Made by a program: the position numbers and the translations under genes. This document shows positions 47,110 to 57,146 of a stretch of DNA of 64,000 bases, piece after piece. Source of the DNA: a virus (lineage: Duplodnaviria > Caudoviricetes); the IMG/VR virus record IMGVR_UViG_3300032327_000792, one strand, 5' to 3'. Position 1 is the stretch's first letter. Every line of letters begins with the position of its first letter. The notes below the pieces were generated by a model that was not told the DNA's origin, did not search any database, and saw only the letters and a program-made list of their open reading frames with translations.

Positions 47110-48504
47110 ATGGCAGGTCCAAACTTTTTTTATGATGAACAAATACGAAGATTCTTGTTGCAGTTTGCAAGAATTTTCAACAACTTTGAAGTTGAATACG
47201 GTCGCAACGAAGAAGGCACTGCACATACATTGATTCGTGTTCCGGTTAAGTATGGTGACTTTACACGACAGGCCCAAACAGTGGTGCAAAATAACTCTGC
47301 AGGATTTATGCCCAGCACTCCGCAAATGACTTTTTATATTTCCGGGTTGGACTATGATCGACCTAGAATGCAAGAGCCCTATCATATCAGTAAGATTGCT
47401 GTAAGACAACGCACCTATGATACTGCCACAGACACATACGAAGTCACTCAAGGCAATGCATTTACCATAGAACGTTTGATGCCAGTGCCTTACAAACTCA
47501 CGATCAAACTGGATATCTGGACATCCAACACCAATCAAAAAATGCAATTGTTGGAGCAGATGCTGACCTTGTTCAATCCTGCACTGGAAATACAAAGCAC
47601 AGACAACTACATTGATTGGACCAGTTTGAGTGTGGTTGAATTAGAAAGCACTCAATGGACTTCAAGGGTCATACCAGTGGGTACAGAAAATCCCATAGAC
47701 ATTGCCACATTAACATTTGCCTTGCCAATATGGATTTCAGCGCCGGCCAAAGTTAAAAAGTTGGGTGTGGTAGAACGTATTATTGCTTCGGTATATGATG
47801 CCAACGGCGATGCGTCAAACGCTGTAATGGACAACGATTTGCTGTTGGGCACCAGACAGGTGTTTACACCTTACAACTATCAGGTGTTGTTGATTGGCAA
47901 CAAACTACAGGCCTTACGTCCACAACAAGTGGTTGACCAATCAAATACCAGCTTGACTCCAGCCGACTCACCTCCTAGTAATTTATTATGGTCGGCTGTG
48001 ATTGGAGACTTTGGAGTGATACGTCCGGGGATTAGTTATATTACACTGGAACAAGAAGACGGAACCGAAGTAACAGGAACTGTTGCATTTGACCCCACAG
48101 ATGATCGCTTTTTGTTGTACAGTATCAATCAAGACACTATTCCGGCCAATACATTGTCTGCGGTAACGGCTGTTATTGATCCATTAAGATCTGGTCCCGG
48201 AGCTGGTTTAGTTGCACCTGCAACGGGTCAACGTTATCTATTGACCGAAGACACCGGTAGTGACAACGGCTATGCTGATTCCTGGGCAGGCACAGGTGGC
48301 CAACCCTTGGTAGCACAGGCCAACGACATTGTTGAGTATGACGGTCAACGATGGATAGTCAGCTTTGACAGTGAAAATTCACCCAGCAATGTACAATATG
48401 TCACAAATATCACAACCAGTATTCAATACGAATGGAATGGTACTGTATGGATCAAGAGTTACCAAGGCTTATACCCCGGAGGCACATGGAGTCTAGTGTT
48501 GTAA
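47110..48504 (+). CDS. gp15: tail sheath stabiliser/tail terminator
   Basis: FFYDEQIRRF..QF..IF, VPVKYG, PVPY.L...L.IWT, EQMLTLFNP. Confidence 0.85.
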   Translation: MAGPNFFYDEQIRRFLLQFARIFNNFEVEYGRNEEGTAHTLIRVPVKYGDFTRQAQTVVQNNSAGFMPSTPQMTFYISGLDYDRPRMQEPYHISKIAVRQRTYDTATDTYEVTQGNAFTIERLMPVPYKLTIKLDIWTSNTNQKMQLLEQMLTLFNPALEIQSTDNYIDWTSLSVVELESTQWTSRVIPVGTENPIDIATLTFALPIWISAPAKVKKLGVVERIIASVYDANGDASNAVMDNDLLLGTRQVFTPYNYQVLLIGNKLQALRPQQVVDQSNTSLTPADSPPSNLLWSAVIGDFGVIRPGISYITLEQEDGTEVTGTVAFDPTDDRFLLYSINQDTIPANTLSAVTAVIDPLRSGPGAGLVAPATGQRYLLTEDTGSDNGYADSWAGTGGQPLVAQANDIVEYDGQRWIVSFDSENSPSNVQYVTNITTSIQYEWNGTVWIKSYQGLYPGGTWSLVL

Positions 48505-48944
48505 ACGCAGTGGGTGTTTGGTTTTATTCTGTTGTTACCCAACGTTATCTATATTTGTTGCGCAATGATCCACGTCATCCAGACACTTGGGGGTTACCCG
48601 GTGGCAAGATTGAAGATGGCGAAACATTGATTGGAGCTATCACAAGAGAATGTACAGAAGAAATGGGTACTATGCCCGAATATCTACGTCTTGTTCCTGT
48701 GGAGAAGTTTACTTCAGCGGATGCAGGATTTGTATATCATACATTTTTTTGCAGTGTAGCCAAAGAATTTTGTCCTACATTGAATGAAGAGCATCATGGA
48801 TGGGCATGGATTGCCACTGGTTCATGGCCCAAACCTATGCATCCTGGACTGTGGTCAACACTGAATTTTGATGCGGTTCGTGGTAAAATTGAAACTATAG
48901 AACAGTCAATTTACACATCACAGTGTGAAATAAATTCTCTGTAG
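48486..48944 (+). CDS. NUDIX hydrolase (start MESSV at 48486)
   Basis: Nudix box GGKIEDGETLIGAITRECTEEMG. Confidence 0.9.
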   Translation: MESSVVNAVGVWFYSVVTQRYLYLLRNDPRHPDTWGLPGGKIEDGETLIGAITRECTEEMGTMPEYLRLVPVEKFTSADAGFVYHTFFCSVAKEFCPTLNEEHHGWAWIATGSWPKPMHPGLWSTLNFDAVRGKIETIEQSIYTSQCEINSL

Positions 48945-49576
48945 GTCATTCTTTCCACATTGGCAAACTCCAACCATGCATCCGGTGCGTGATGTAGCAT
49001 GCCAACTATGACAAATCTGGTTCCTGAATATGCCGACATCACTTGTGCTACCTGTGATTGCCAGGCTGAGTTTCCAGCTGCGGTATATTGATTATAACCA
49101 ATCATGAATATTTCTTTGTGTCCATCAAATGCAGCCAGATACAATGCCAGGGCCTGTTTGACCACACCCGGACTGTGGGGTATTAGATAAAAAAATCCAG
49201 GATATTTTAAACAGTTACGAGGAGTTGTATAGACCACATTGTCTTGATGGTAGTCAGTATCAATGATCTCTTTGAGACTCTGATCGTCGGTCTCAACAGC
49301 AAAATCCAATCTCATTTGATTAGCAACCAAACCCACCCCGTAGGTTTGTAATTTTTTACTGCCAAGCAGTCCACCACGATGACGCTGTAGTCGTGTGTAA
49401 TCAAATTGATCGGCGTCGTGATCAGACCCAATACACACAGCACGACCACTTATGTGTTGATTTTCAATTGGGTTTTCGACCCACTCTCGTGTCTGGCTTT
49501 TTTTTCCTGCAGCCCACTTTGATTGTGTTACAAGAAATTCGCCAGTGTAGTCAGCACGATAACGCTGAGAGATCAT
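48911..49576 (-). CDS. divergent paralogue of 61448-62032 (Maf/GT42-like fold, uncertain)
   Basis: AVCIGS, TYGVG, DFAVETD, ALYLAAFDGHKEIFMIGYN align with the 61448 pattern. Confidence 0.45.
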   Translation of the reverse strand: MISQRYRADYTGEFLVTQSKWAAGKKSQTREWVENPIENQHISGRAVCIGSDHDADQFDYTRLQRHRGGLLGSKKLQTYGVGLVANQMRLDFAVETDDQSLKEIIDTDYHQDNVVYTTPRNCLKYPGFFYLIPHSPGVVKQALALYLAAFDGHKEIFMIGYNQYTAAGNSAWQSQVAQVMSAYSGTRFVIVGMLHHAPDAWLEFANVERMTYREFISHCDV

Positions 49577-50544
49577 AGACGTCCAACAGCCACTTCAATG
49601 GTTTCAATCGTGGATGAATCAATTTCTTCCATGGCTTTGCCCAGTACGCATCCGGGTTGCCAATTTGCACCAATACGTTGTGCTACACCAGGTGTAGCAG
49701 ATGACACTAAAACATCACCTTTGCGTACAGGTCCTTGAACCTGACATGGAACCCGACCAGTTAATGCTACCGGCAACACATAGTCCCCGGCTTGAGCTGA
49801 ATTCATTAGATAACTTGGGTTGGTAGAAACAATACCGGCCACTGCTGTTGAGTGACTGCGGGTTGTGATTGTGATTTCTTGTGTGCCACCAAACTCCACC
49901 ACAGTACCCGGAAGATAATCTTGATCACTGACATACATTTCGGCTAAGTCAGCGTATTGTGCAGAAGTTGCTTTGGCAAATACAGTGTTGAAAGCATTAG
50001 TTGATGATCCAATATTACCTACGCCATTGGCATTAGCATTAACAATGCTTCCAGCTGTAAGTGATCCAGTGCCTAATGTTAAACCTGTAGTAGAGAACAC
50101 TGCTACGTTACTTGTACCGGCCACACTAATATTGGCATTGCCGCTAGGTGTTTGAATATCAATTGTGGTTGTACCATTTTGTATTCTGTCGCCAAGAATA
50201 TTACCACTTAGCGTTGCGTTACCCGATACACTTAAATCACCAGTGATTGCAACCAGTCCGGTGCTGATAGTCTGTACTGTTGTGCCAGCAATGTTGGCAC
50301 GGATATTGCCGTTTGATGCAATAATAGATACACTTGATGTTCCGGAACTGATTGAGTTGGCACTGAGCGCACCAATGGCATTGTTAACGTATGTTTGTGT
50401 TGCCAATGGGTTTCCGCCAACAGTACTGCCATTGTGAACTCGCAAGGTTAAATCAGTAGTGTCTACAGAAATTTCACCATTAGCTCCGGTAAAATTGTTG
50501 TTTTGTGCGGTTGTTCCCCGTCTGAATTGTACAACTGTTGGCAT
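49573..50544 (-). CDS. short fibre/spike protein with an Mtd-N-like start and a peptidase-G2-like autocleaving chaperone C-terminus
   Basis: VQFRRGT.....FTGA.GE; YADLAE...PGTVV.FGG...AGIVST.P.YLMN...VAL.GRVPC. Confidence 0.75.
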   Translation of the reverse strand: MPTVVQFRRGTTAQNNNFTGANGEISVDTTDLTLRVHNGSTVGGNPLATQTYVNNAIGALSANSISSGTSSVSIIASNGNIRANIAGTTVQTISTGLVAITGDLSVSGNATLSGNILGDRIQNGTTTIDIQTPSGNANISVAGTSNVAVFSTTGLTLGTGSLTAGSIVNANANGVGNIGSSTNAFNTVFAKATSAQYADLAEMYVSDQDYLPGTVVEFGGTQEITITTRSHSTAVAGIVSTNPSYLMNSAQAGDYVLPVALTGRVPCQVQGPVRKGDVLVSSATPGVAQRIGANWQPGCVLGKAMEEIDSSTIETIEVAVGRL

Positions 50545-50566
50545 AAATTCCCCTTATATCTTATAT

Positions 50567-51700
50567 TTAGCTGCCCACATAGGGTTCACCTTCACCAAGA
50601 TTGGTCACAGAAATAGTGCCTTCGTTGTTACAATCAAATGTTTGTGCCAACGAAACACCAAATGCATCTGTGGTTACTCCCTGTAAATCACCATAGTCGC
50701 CAAACGGAAAATCAGTAATTGTGCCGTAGGCTAAACTATTCCACCCAGCACCGTCAAAAGTTTCAAATACACCCACTGTTGTGTTGTATCGAATAGCACC
50801 CAGCACTTCGCTTCGTTGTGCGGTTGTTCCGACGGGTACTGCAAAACTTCCAGAATTGTCAATGATCAGGTCACCGTTTGCCGATTCAGTAATAATACTG
50901 TTGCCTAGATAAATTGTATTACCAGAAAGATATAAGTTTGCCCATCGATTCGTGGCATTTCCTAAACTGTAGGTTACGTCTTGTTTTGGTATAAGATCAG
51001 ATACTACAGTTGTTACAGACAGTCCAGCACTGGAAATATTACCAGTTATTGACATCCCACTGGGACTAAACACTGCTACGTTGCCAACACCGTTGACTCC
51101 GACTGTAACATTACCATTGGAACTAACAACATTGACATTGGAGGTTCCGTTAGATATTGAATTTAAACTGATGCCAGTTACACCAATTGTAACTGTTTTA
51201 CTAGTGTTGTTACCAACAATACTGATATTGTTGCCTGCTGACAGTGTTAGTACATCGCCCACACCGGTGGCCAACACTGCTGTATTGTTGGCATACACAT
51301 TACCGAACGCAAACGCCGAATTCTGTTGAAATACCAACGATGATGTACCGATTATAATCGGATCATTGGTTATCAGTTTCCACTGTGTGTCAGCATATGT
51401 CAATCCTTCTGTGACCATCACAATGGTTCCGGCCAGTAATTCACCAGTGACGTTAGTGTCAGAACTTCGAGTCCAGGTACCGTTGGAACCAGATCCTACT
51501 GTGTCAACATCGTAAATACCATTTTGTGATTGAGTTGTTTGACCAGTGACCAACACGCGGTCGTTTACGGAAAGATTGACTCCGTCAACCAGACTGGGTG
51601 CTCCTCCACTGAGAGCAATGTTAGAGACTGTGATTACTCGAGTGGCTTGCTTGTAATCTATGTCATAGATTTGCGAAGCACGGGGTCTAGTTAATGCCAT
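50567..51700 (-). CDS. fibre/baseplate-associated structural protein
   Basis: VDGV.L...DRVLV..Q....NGIY.V....W.R..D module; PVGTTAQR...RYNT module. Confidence 0.7.
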   Translation of the reverse strand: MALTRPRASQIYDIDYKQATRVITVSNIALSGGAPSLVDGVNLSVNDRVLVTGQTTQSQNGIYDVDTVGSGSNGTWTRSSDTNVTGELLAGTIVMVTEGLTYADTQWKLITNDPIIIGTSSLVFQQNSAFAFGNVYANNTAVLATGVGDVLTLSAGNNISIVGNNTSKTVTIGVTGISLNSISNGTSNVNVVSSNGNVTVGVNGVGNVAVFSPSGMSITGNISSAGLSVTTVVSDLIPKQDVTYSLGNATNRWANLYLSGNTIYLGNSIITESANGDLIIDNSGSFAVPVGTTAQRSEVLGAIRYNTTVGVFETFDGAGWNSLAYGTITDFPFGDYGDLQGVTTDAFGVSLAQTFDCNNEGTISVTNLGEGEPYVGS

Positions 51701-51731
51701 TGTTTTTCACCATGTTATGATATATTTAGTC

Positions 51732-51762
51732 AAAAAAATAGGACTCCGAAGAGTCCTATTTT
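51732..51762 (-). terminator. CUUCGG-tetraloop terminator
   Basis: AATAGGACTC-TTCG-GAGTCCTATT perfect 10-bp stem plus T run; the CUUCGG loop is a T4-family hallmark. Confidence 0.9.
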
Positions 51763-51780
51763 GACTAGATTAATTCTAGT

Positions 51781-54700
51781 TTAGAAGCGTCCAACTACCA
51801 CTTCTATTGTTGCATCGCCTTCGCTGTCTGCAAGAGCTTTACCAATCACAGTACCAACTTTTGGATCTGCTTCGGCACGAGCCTTACCATTTCCAGCAAC
51901 AACCATCAAATCACCTTTCTTGACTGAACCAGTGACTTGACATGGTACACGACCTGTCAACGCTACAGTTGCAACAAACTCACCAGCACATTCACTGTTC
52001 ATGATGTAACTTGGATTTGTAGACACCACGCCAGCAACCTTGCGGTCTGCATCTGCGGAAGCTAAAGTAACTTCAGCATCACCGCCAAACGATACCACTG
52101 TTCCTGGTGCATACTCTGCGTCAGCTGTGTATTTCTCAGCCAAGTCAGCGTATTGTGCTGATGTTGCTTTGGCAAATACAGTGTTGAAAGCATTAGTTGA
52201 TGATCCAATATTACCTACACCGTTGGCATTAGCATTAACAATACTTCCGGTTGTGAGTGATCCAGTGCCCAATGTTAAACCTGCAGTAGAGAACACTGCT
52301 ACGTTACTTGTGCCACCAACACTGATATTGGCATTGCCACTGGCAGTTTGGATATCAAAGCTGGTTGTACCGTTTTGGATACGATCGCCCAAGATGTTTC
52401 CACTTAGCGTTGCATTACCTGTCACACTCAAATCACCTTGAATTGCTACCAATCCTGCGCTGATTGTTTGTACAGTTGTGCCTGCTATGTTGGCGCGGAT
52501 GTTGCCACCATTGGAAACAACTGTCATGTTACTTGTGCCAGACGTGATAGCAGTACTATTGATGTTTCCGCCTATAATGGTGCCAGCAACACTAAGGTCT
52601 CCAGTAACTGCAACAACGTTACTACCGTCTTGTACGGCTACTACTGCTGTACCGGCACTGTTGCTGATACTGTAGACTTGCGTTGTTGTTACCAACACAC
52701 GAACGTCAATCAAGTCACCTGCAGCAGGAGCTTCGGTGAATGTCAATGTTGTACCTGTTACAGCATAGGCTATGGTTGGAATCTGTTGTACACCGTTGAT
52801 ACTGACAATCGATCCAGCTGTTGTGGCGTTGGCACTGAGTGTGAACACCGCAGTGGATCCATCACCGTTGAACTGTTGATCAGTAATCAATGTAAAGTCA
52901 GGTTGTCCAACTGCTACCCAAGCACTGTTGTCATACAATTCTAAACTGTTGATTGTGGTATTGAAACGGAACTGACCTGTTACACCTGCTGGACGTTGTT
53001 GAGTGTTACCAACCGGCATCAAGATTGAGTTGGTTGCATTGAACGCCACAACAGAGTTTGTGGTTTGTGTTGCTGAACCAAAACTTGCTGTTCCTGTACC
53101 TGCATCAATATAAAACACGTTGGCCACTGTGTCGCCGTTGACAGCAAAGTCAACATCACCACCGGCTGTGTTGAAGTTTACGCGACCATTGGTGTCAGTG
53201 ATATCATCACCTGAGATTACAATGTTGCCACCTTTTAATTGACCAGCTGTTGCAATATTGCCACCAGTGATGTTGCCAGTGGCACTCACTGTTCCACCTG
53301 TGTCTACATTGCCACCAGTGATTGTTGCGGTAGCACTTACTGTTCCACCTGTTGCAACGTTACCGCCTGTGATAGTTGATGTTGCACTTACCGTTCCGCC
53401 TGTGGCCAAATTACCAGTGGTTGTTGTACCAACAACACTCAAACTTGTCAATGCACCAACACTGGTTAGGCTTGAAGCAAGCACATTTGGTGCAAGGAAC
53501 ACGCCTGTCAATGTTTCAGCATTGGCTGAACTGGCTGTAACACCTGTCAACTGTGAACCATTACCAATAAAGAAGCTGGAAGGGTTGGCTGTGATATTAC
53601 CACCAGCACTTACAGTACCGCCAGTGGCAATGTTGCCACCTGTAATAGTAGCAGAACTTGTAATTGTGCTAGTTGCAGAAATTAATCCGCCGGTTAATAA
53701 GTTAGCACCAGTGATATTGCCACCTACACTTGCTGTACCACCAGTTGCTAAATTACCACCAGTTACTGTACTTGTGGCACTGATCAATCCGCCTGTTAAT
53801 ACATTTCCACCAGTGATGTTGCCTGTGCCTGATATGGTTCCACCTGTGGCAATGTTACCACCAGTGATTGTGTCGGCACTGGTGATTGTACCAGTTGCAC
53901 TTATTGTACCACCTGTTGCAACGTTGCCTGCTGTGGCTGTGCCTGTGGCACTTACTGTACCGGCAGTTGCTAAATTACCAACTGTGGCTGTTCCAACTGC
54001 TGACAAGAAACCAAGACTTGAAATGTTGCCGCCGGTGACCGTGCCAGTTACATTGGCTGTACCACTGGTTACAAGACTACCACCAGTGATTGAACCAGTG
54101 GCACTGATCAATCCGCCTGTTAATACGTTACCACCAGTTACATTACCAGTAGCACTTACTGTACCGCCAGTGGCAATGTTACCACCAGTGATTGTTGCAG
54201 TAGCACTTACTGTTCCACCAGTGGCAATGTTGCCTACTGTGGCTGTGCCAGCAGCACTTACTGTACCACCTGTTGCAATATTGCCGCCTGTGATTGTGTC
54301 GCCACCTGTGATTGTGCCAGTTACACTAGCACTTGTGCCTGTGATTACTCCACCAACCACACTAGCGGCTGTTACTGTACCAGTCACACTTACACTTGTA
54401 CCGGTTGCCGCACCAATGTTGGGTGTAGTCAAGGTAGCACCAGCTGGAATACTGATCTGTCCAGAGCCGTTAAATGCTATTGTAGTTGTGTCTACTTTGG
54501 CATTGAATACTGTACCAATCAAACTCAAACCAGCACTGGTGTTGGCTGTGTAAATTTGTGAACTGCTGAACTGAGCAAATTCAATGTCGCTGGTACCAAA
54601 TGTGATAGTGCCTGTGGGTGCGTCAACAATATAGGCTGATCCTGCGTTCACGTTACCGCTTTGTACAAAGAAGTAGTCGTTGATACTGAGAGCATTTGCA

Positions 54701-56901
54701 TCAGCCGGACCATAGGTATTTGTGTCTGTACTACGAACAATGGTTGTGGAGTTTGACCAAACATAAACACCGTTTTGCACAGCATTGGCCTGATTTTTGA
54801 CCAAGATACGTGTTCCCACAGTCTGTATGTTGGCTGTGTCAATGAGATTGAATGTACCTGTGGTAGTTAGTGTGGCTCCTTGTCCGTTGCCGGCTCCGTT
54901 GGGCTGAGCATAGGTCACAGTACCACCTGTGGCTGCGTTTAGATTGCCAACGGTGGCTGCCAACACTGCATCATGATAAGAAATTCCAGTGGTTACTTTA
55001 TTGTCAACATAGGCTTTGTTTGCGGCATCGCTGTCGTCTGTTGGAGTTGCAACACCGTGGATGTGTGCGTTATTGACTTCAATCAAGGAATTGGCACTGG
55101 CCAATACGATGTTACCAGCTGTAATTGTTAGGTTGCCAAGGCCATTAAGAGTTCTCAAACTATTAGTATCAACAGCACCGCTGGTTAAAATGTTACCACC
55201 TGTAATGTTGCCAGTAGCACTTACTGTACCACCTGTGGCCAAATTGCCACCAGTGATTGTATTGGCACTGGTAATTGTACCAGTTGCACTTACTGTGCCA
55301 CCTGTTGCAATGTTACCACCTGTGATGGTTGATGTTGCACTTACTGTTCCACCCGTTGCAATATTACCTGCTGTGGCTGTACCTGCAGCACTTACAGTAC
55401 CACCTGTGGCCAAGTTACCGCCAGTGATTGTTCCTGTGCCAGATATTGTACCACCTGTGGCTACGTTACCACCAGTGATTGTTCCTGTGGCACTTACTGT
55501 ACCACCTGTGGCTATGTTGCCACCAGTTACAGTACCAGTTGAGCTTACTAGGCCGCCTGTTAAAACATTGGCGCCTGTGATATTGCCTGTGGCACTTACT
55601 GTACCACCAGTTGCAACGTTGCCACCAGTGATTGTGTCGGCACTGGTAATTGTACCAGTAGCACTTACTGTACCGCCCGTGGCTAAATTACCCACAGTAG
55701 CTGTGCCTGCAGCACTTACTGTACCACCTGTGGCGACGTTACCACCAGTAATAGTTGATGTTGCACTCACAGTACCGCCAGTTGCAACGTTACCGCCAGT
55801 AACAGTACCAGTAGAACTTACGGTTCCACCTGTGGCTAAGTTGCCGCCAGTGATTGTTGCGGTAGCACTTACTGTTCCACCTGTTGCAATGTTACCTGCT
55901 GTGGCTGTACCAGTGGCACTTACTGTACCACCTGTGGCCAAGTTACCAGTTTGTGTTGTACCGACAACACTCAAACTTGTCAATGCACCAACACTGGTCA
56001 AACTTGATGCAAGTACATTGGGTGCAAGGAATACACCTGTCAATGTTTCAGCATTGGCTGAGCTAGCTACAACGCCTGTTAATTGTGATCCGTTACCAAT
56101 AAAGAAACTGGAAGGATTGGCTGTGATATTACCACCAGCACTTACAGTACCGCCAGTGGCAATATTGCCACCAGTTACTGTACTTGTGGCACTTACAGTA
56201 CCGCCAGTGGCTAAGTTGCCGCCAGTTACTGTACTTGTGGCACTTACAGTTGATGCAGTTACACCAGTTGTGGCATTTAGATTTGCACCGTTGATGTTGC
56301 CAGTTGTGGCAATAAGACCACTGCCTGCTGATACATTACCGCCTGTGATATTGCCAGTTGCGGAAACCAATCCGGCTGTCAATAAGTTGCCGCCTGTGAT
56401 ACTGCCTGTTACGTTTAATGCACTTGTGACGTTGCCTACCAAACTTGTTGTGCCATTGATTACTAAATTACCAGCAACGTTGGCATTGTTGGTATGAAAG
56501 TTTGCATAACTGGAGATTGTAACTACAGTATTTGTGATCAAATCTGTTGTGAAGCCTGTCACAAATTCGCCGGCGCTTTCGTCCCAAACAAATGCAATAT
56601 TTTCAGATGTACCACGCTCGCCAATAAAACCAATGTCAACAGTAGGACTTCCTGTTTGATTTGAAGCCAATACAATGATTGGATCTTCAATAACAGTACT
56701 GACTGTGTCAATGGTTGTGGTTTGACCGTTGACTGTCAAGTTACCAGTGATGGTTAAATCACTGCCGTATGTCAAATTGTTGGCAATTTTGCCAGCAGTA
56801 ATTGAGTTATCTTGAATTTTTGTGCTGGCATTGATACCAACAATTGCATTACCGGCTGAGGAGTCGGTGATCTGATTATTTTTAATTCTTGTGACGGCCA
56901 T
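51781..56901 (-). CDS. very long repeat-rich fibre protein (1706 aa) with a peptidase-G2-like C-terminus
   Basis: Dozens of ~16-aa ITGGN(L/I/V)ATGGTVSATG repeats; YADLAE chaperone domain. Confidence 0.85.
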   Translation of the reverse strand: MAVTRIKNNQITDSSAGNAIVGINASTKIQDNSITAGKIANNLTYGSDLTITGNLTVNGQTTTIDTVSTVIEDPIIVLASNQTGSPTVDIGFIGERGTSENIAFVWDESAGEFVTGFTTDLITNTVVTISSYANFHTNNANVAGNLVINGTTSLVGNVTSALNVTGSITGGNLLTAGLVSATGNITGGNVSAGSGLIATTGNINGANLNATTGVTASTVSATSTVTGGNLATGGTVSATSTVTGGNIATGGTVSAGGNITANPSSFFIGNGSQLTGVVASSANAETLTGVFLAPNVLASSLTSVGALTSLSVVGTTQTGNLATGGTVSATGTATAGNIATGGTVSATATITGGNLATGGTVSSTGTVTGGNVATGGTVSATSTITGGNVATGGTVSAAGTATVGNLATGGTVSATGTITSADTITGGNVATGGTVSATGNITGANVLTGGLVSSTGTVTGGNIATGGTVSATGTITGGNVATGGTISGTGTITGGNLATGGTVSAAGTATAGNIATGGTVSATSTITGGNIATGGTVSATGTITSANTITGGNLATGGTVSATGNITGGNILTSGAVDTNSLRTLNGLGNLTITAGNIVLASANSLIEVNNAHIHGVATPTDDSDAANKAYVDNKVTTGISYHDAVLAATVGNLNAATGGTVTYAQPNGAGNGQGATLTTTGTFNLIDTANIQTVGTRILVKNQANAVQNGVYVWSNSTTIVRSTDTNTYGPADANALSINDYFFVQSGNVNAGSAYIVDAPTGTITFGTSDIEFAQFSSSQIYTANTSAGLSLIGTVFNAKVDTTTIAFNGSGQISIPAGATLTTPNIGAATGTSVSVTGTVTAASVVGGVITGTSASVTGTITGGDTITGGNIATGGTVSAAGTATVGNIATGGTVSATATITGGNIATGGTVSATGNVTGGNVLTGGLISATGSITGGSLVTSGTANVTGTVTGGNISSLGFLSAVGTATVGNLATAGTVSATGTATAGNVATGGTISATGTITSADTITGGNIATGGTISGTGNITGGNVLTGGLISATSTVTGGNLATGGTASVGGNITGANLLTGGLISATSTITSSATITGGNIATGGTVSAGGNITANPSSFFIGNGSQLTGVTASSANAETLTGVFLAPNVLASSLTSVGALTSLSVVGTTTTGNLATGGTVSATSTITGGNVATGGTVSATATITGGNVDTGGTVSATGNITGGNIATAGQLKGGNIVISGDDITDTNGRVNFNTAGGDVDFAVNGDTVANVFYIDAGTGTASFGSATQTTNSVVAFNATNSILMPVGNTQQRPAGVTGQFRFNTTINSLELYDNSAWVAVGQPDFTLITDQQFNGDGSTAVFTLSANATTAGSIVSINGVQQIPTIAYAVTGTTLTFTEAPAAGDLIDVRVLVTTTQVYSISNSAGTAVVAVQDGSNVVAVTGDLSVAGTIIGGNINSTAITSGTSNMTVVSNGGNIRANIAGTTVQTISAGLVAIQGDLSVTGNATLSGNILGDRIQNGTTSFDIQTASGNANISVGGTSNVAVFSTAGLTLGTGSLTTGSIVNANANGVGNIGSSTNAFNTVFAKATSAQYADLAEKYTADAEYAPGTVVSFGGDAEVTLASADADRKVAGVVSTNPSYIMNSECAGEFVATVALTGRVPCQVTGSVKKGDLMVVAGNGKARAEADPKVGTVIGKALADSEGDATIEVVVGRF
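53260..56400 (-). repeat. two tracts (about 53260-54400 and 55190-56400) of degenerate ~48-bp coding tandem repeats, plus a ~200-bp internal duplication (about 53432-53640 vs 55964-56172)
   Basis: Recurring + strand gcacttactgtaccacctgt(g/t)gc; duplicated peptide NPSSFFIGNGSQLTGV.ASSANAETLTGVFLAPNVLASSLTSVGALTSLSVVGTT. Confidence 0.9.
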
Positions 56902-57146
56902 TTTATAGTCTCCAGTTGGCGTTTCCTACTATACTAGCTTTTTGAGCTAGTTTGTTAAAATCCTTTGCCGTGAAAATTCGCGGCTATGACTTATTTACCA
57001 TGGCCTGGTGATTTTGAGCTATGCTGATTGTATTTTGGTGATATTTGCTCTGGAGTGAATTGGTGTTACTGACTAGACAGCGGTGGTCTTTGAGGGTGCA
57101 ATATATTTATCGTTAGATCATAAATTCAGTGAGTTAGCTGAGATTT

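Noticed and set aside
49590-52520. Diversity-generating retroelement TR/VR pair
   Set aside because: Both copies are in-frame coding, the differences I checked are synonymous rather than adenine-specific diversification, and no reverse transcriptase is in the window
53258-56497. Long + strand ORFs (431 and 493 aa) of PPV-rich repeats
   Set aside because: They are antisense shadows of the GGN/GGT codon repeats of the 1706-aa fibre, with no RBS or promoter and no independent motif
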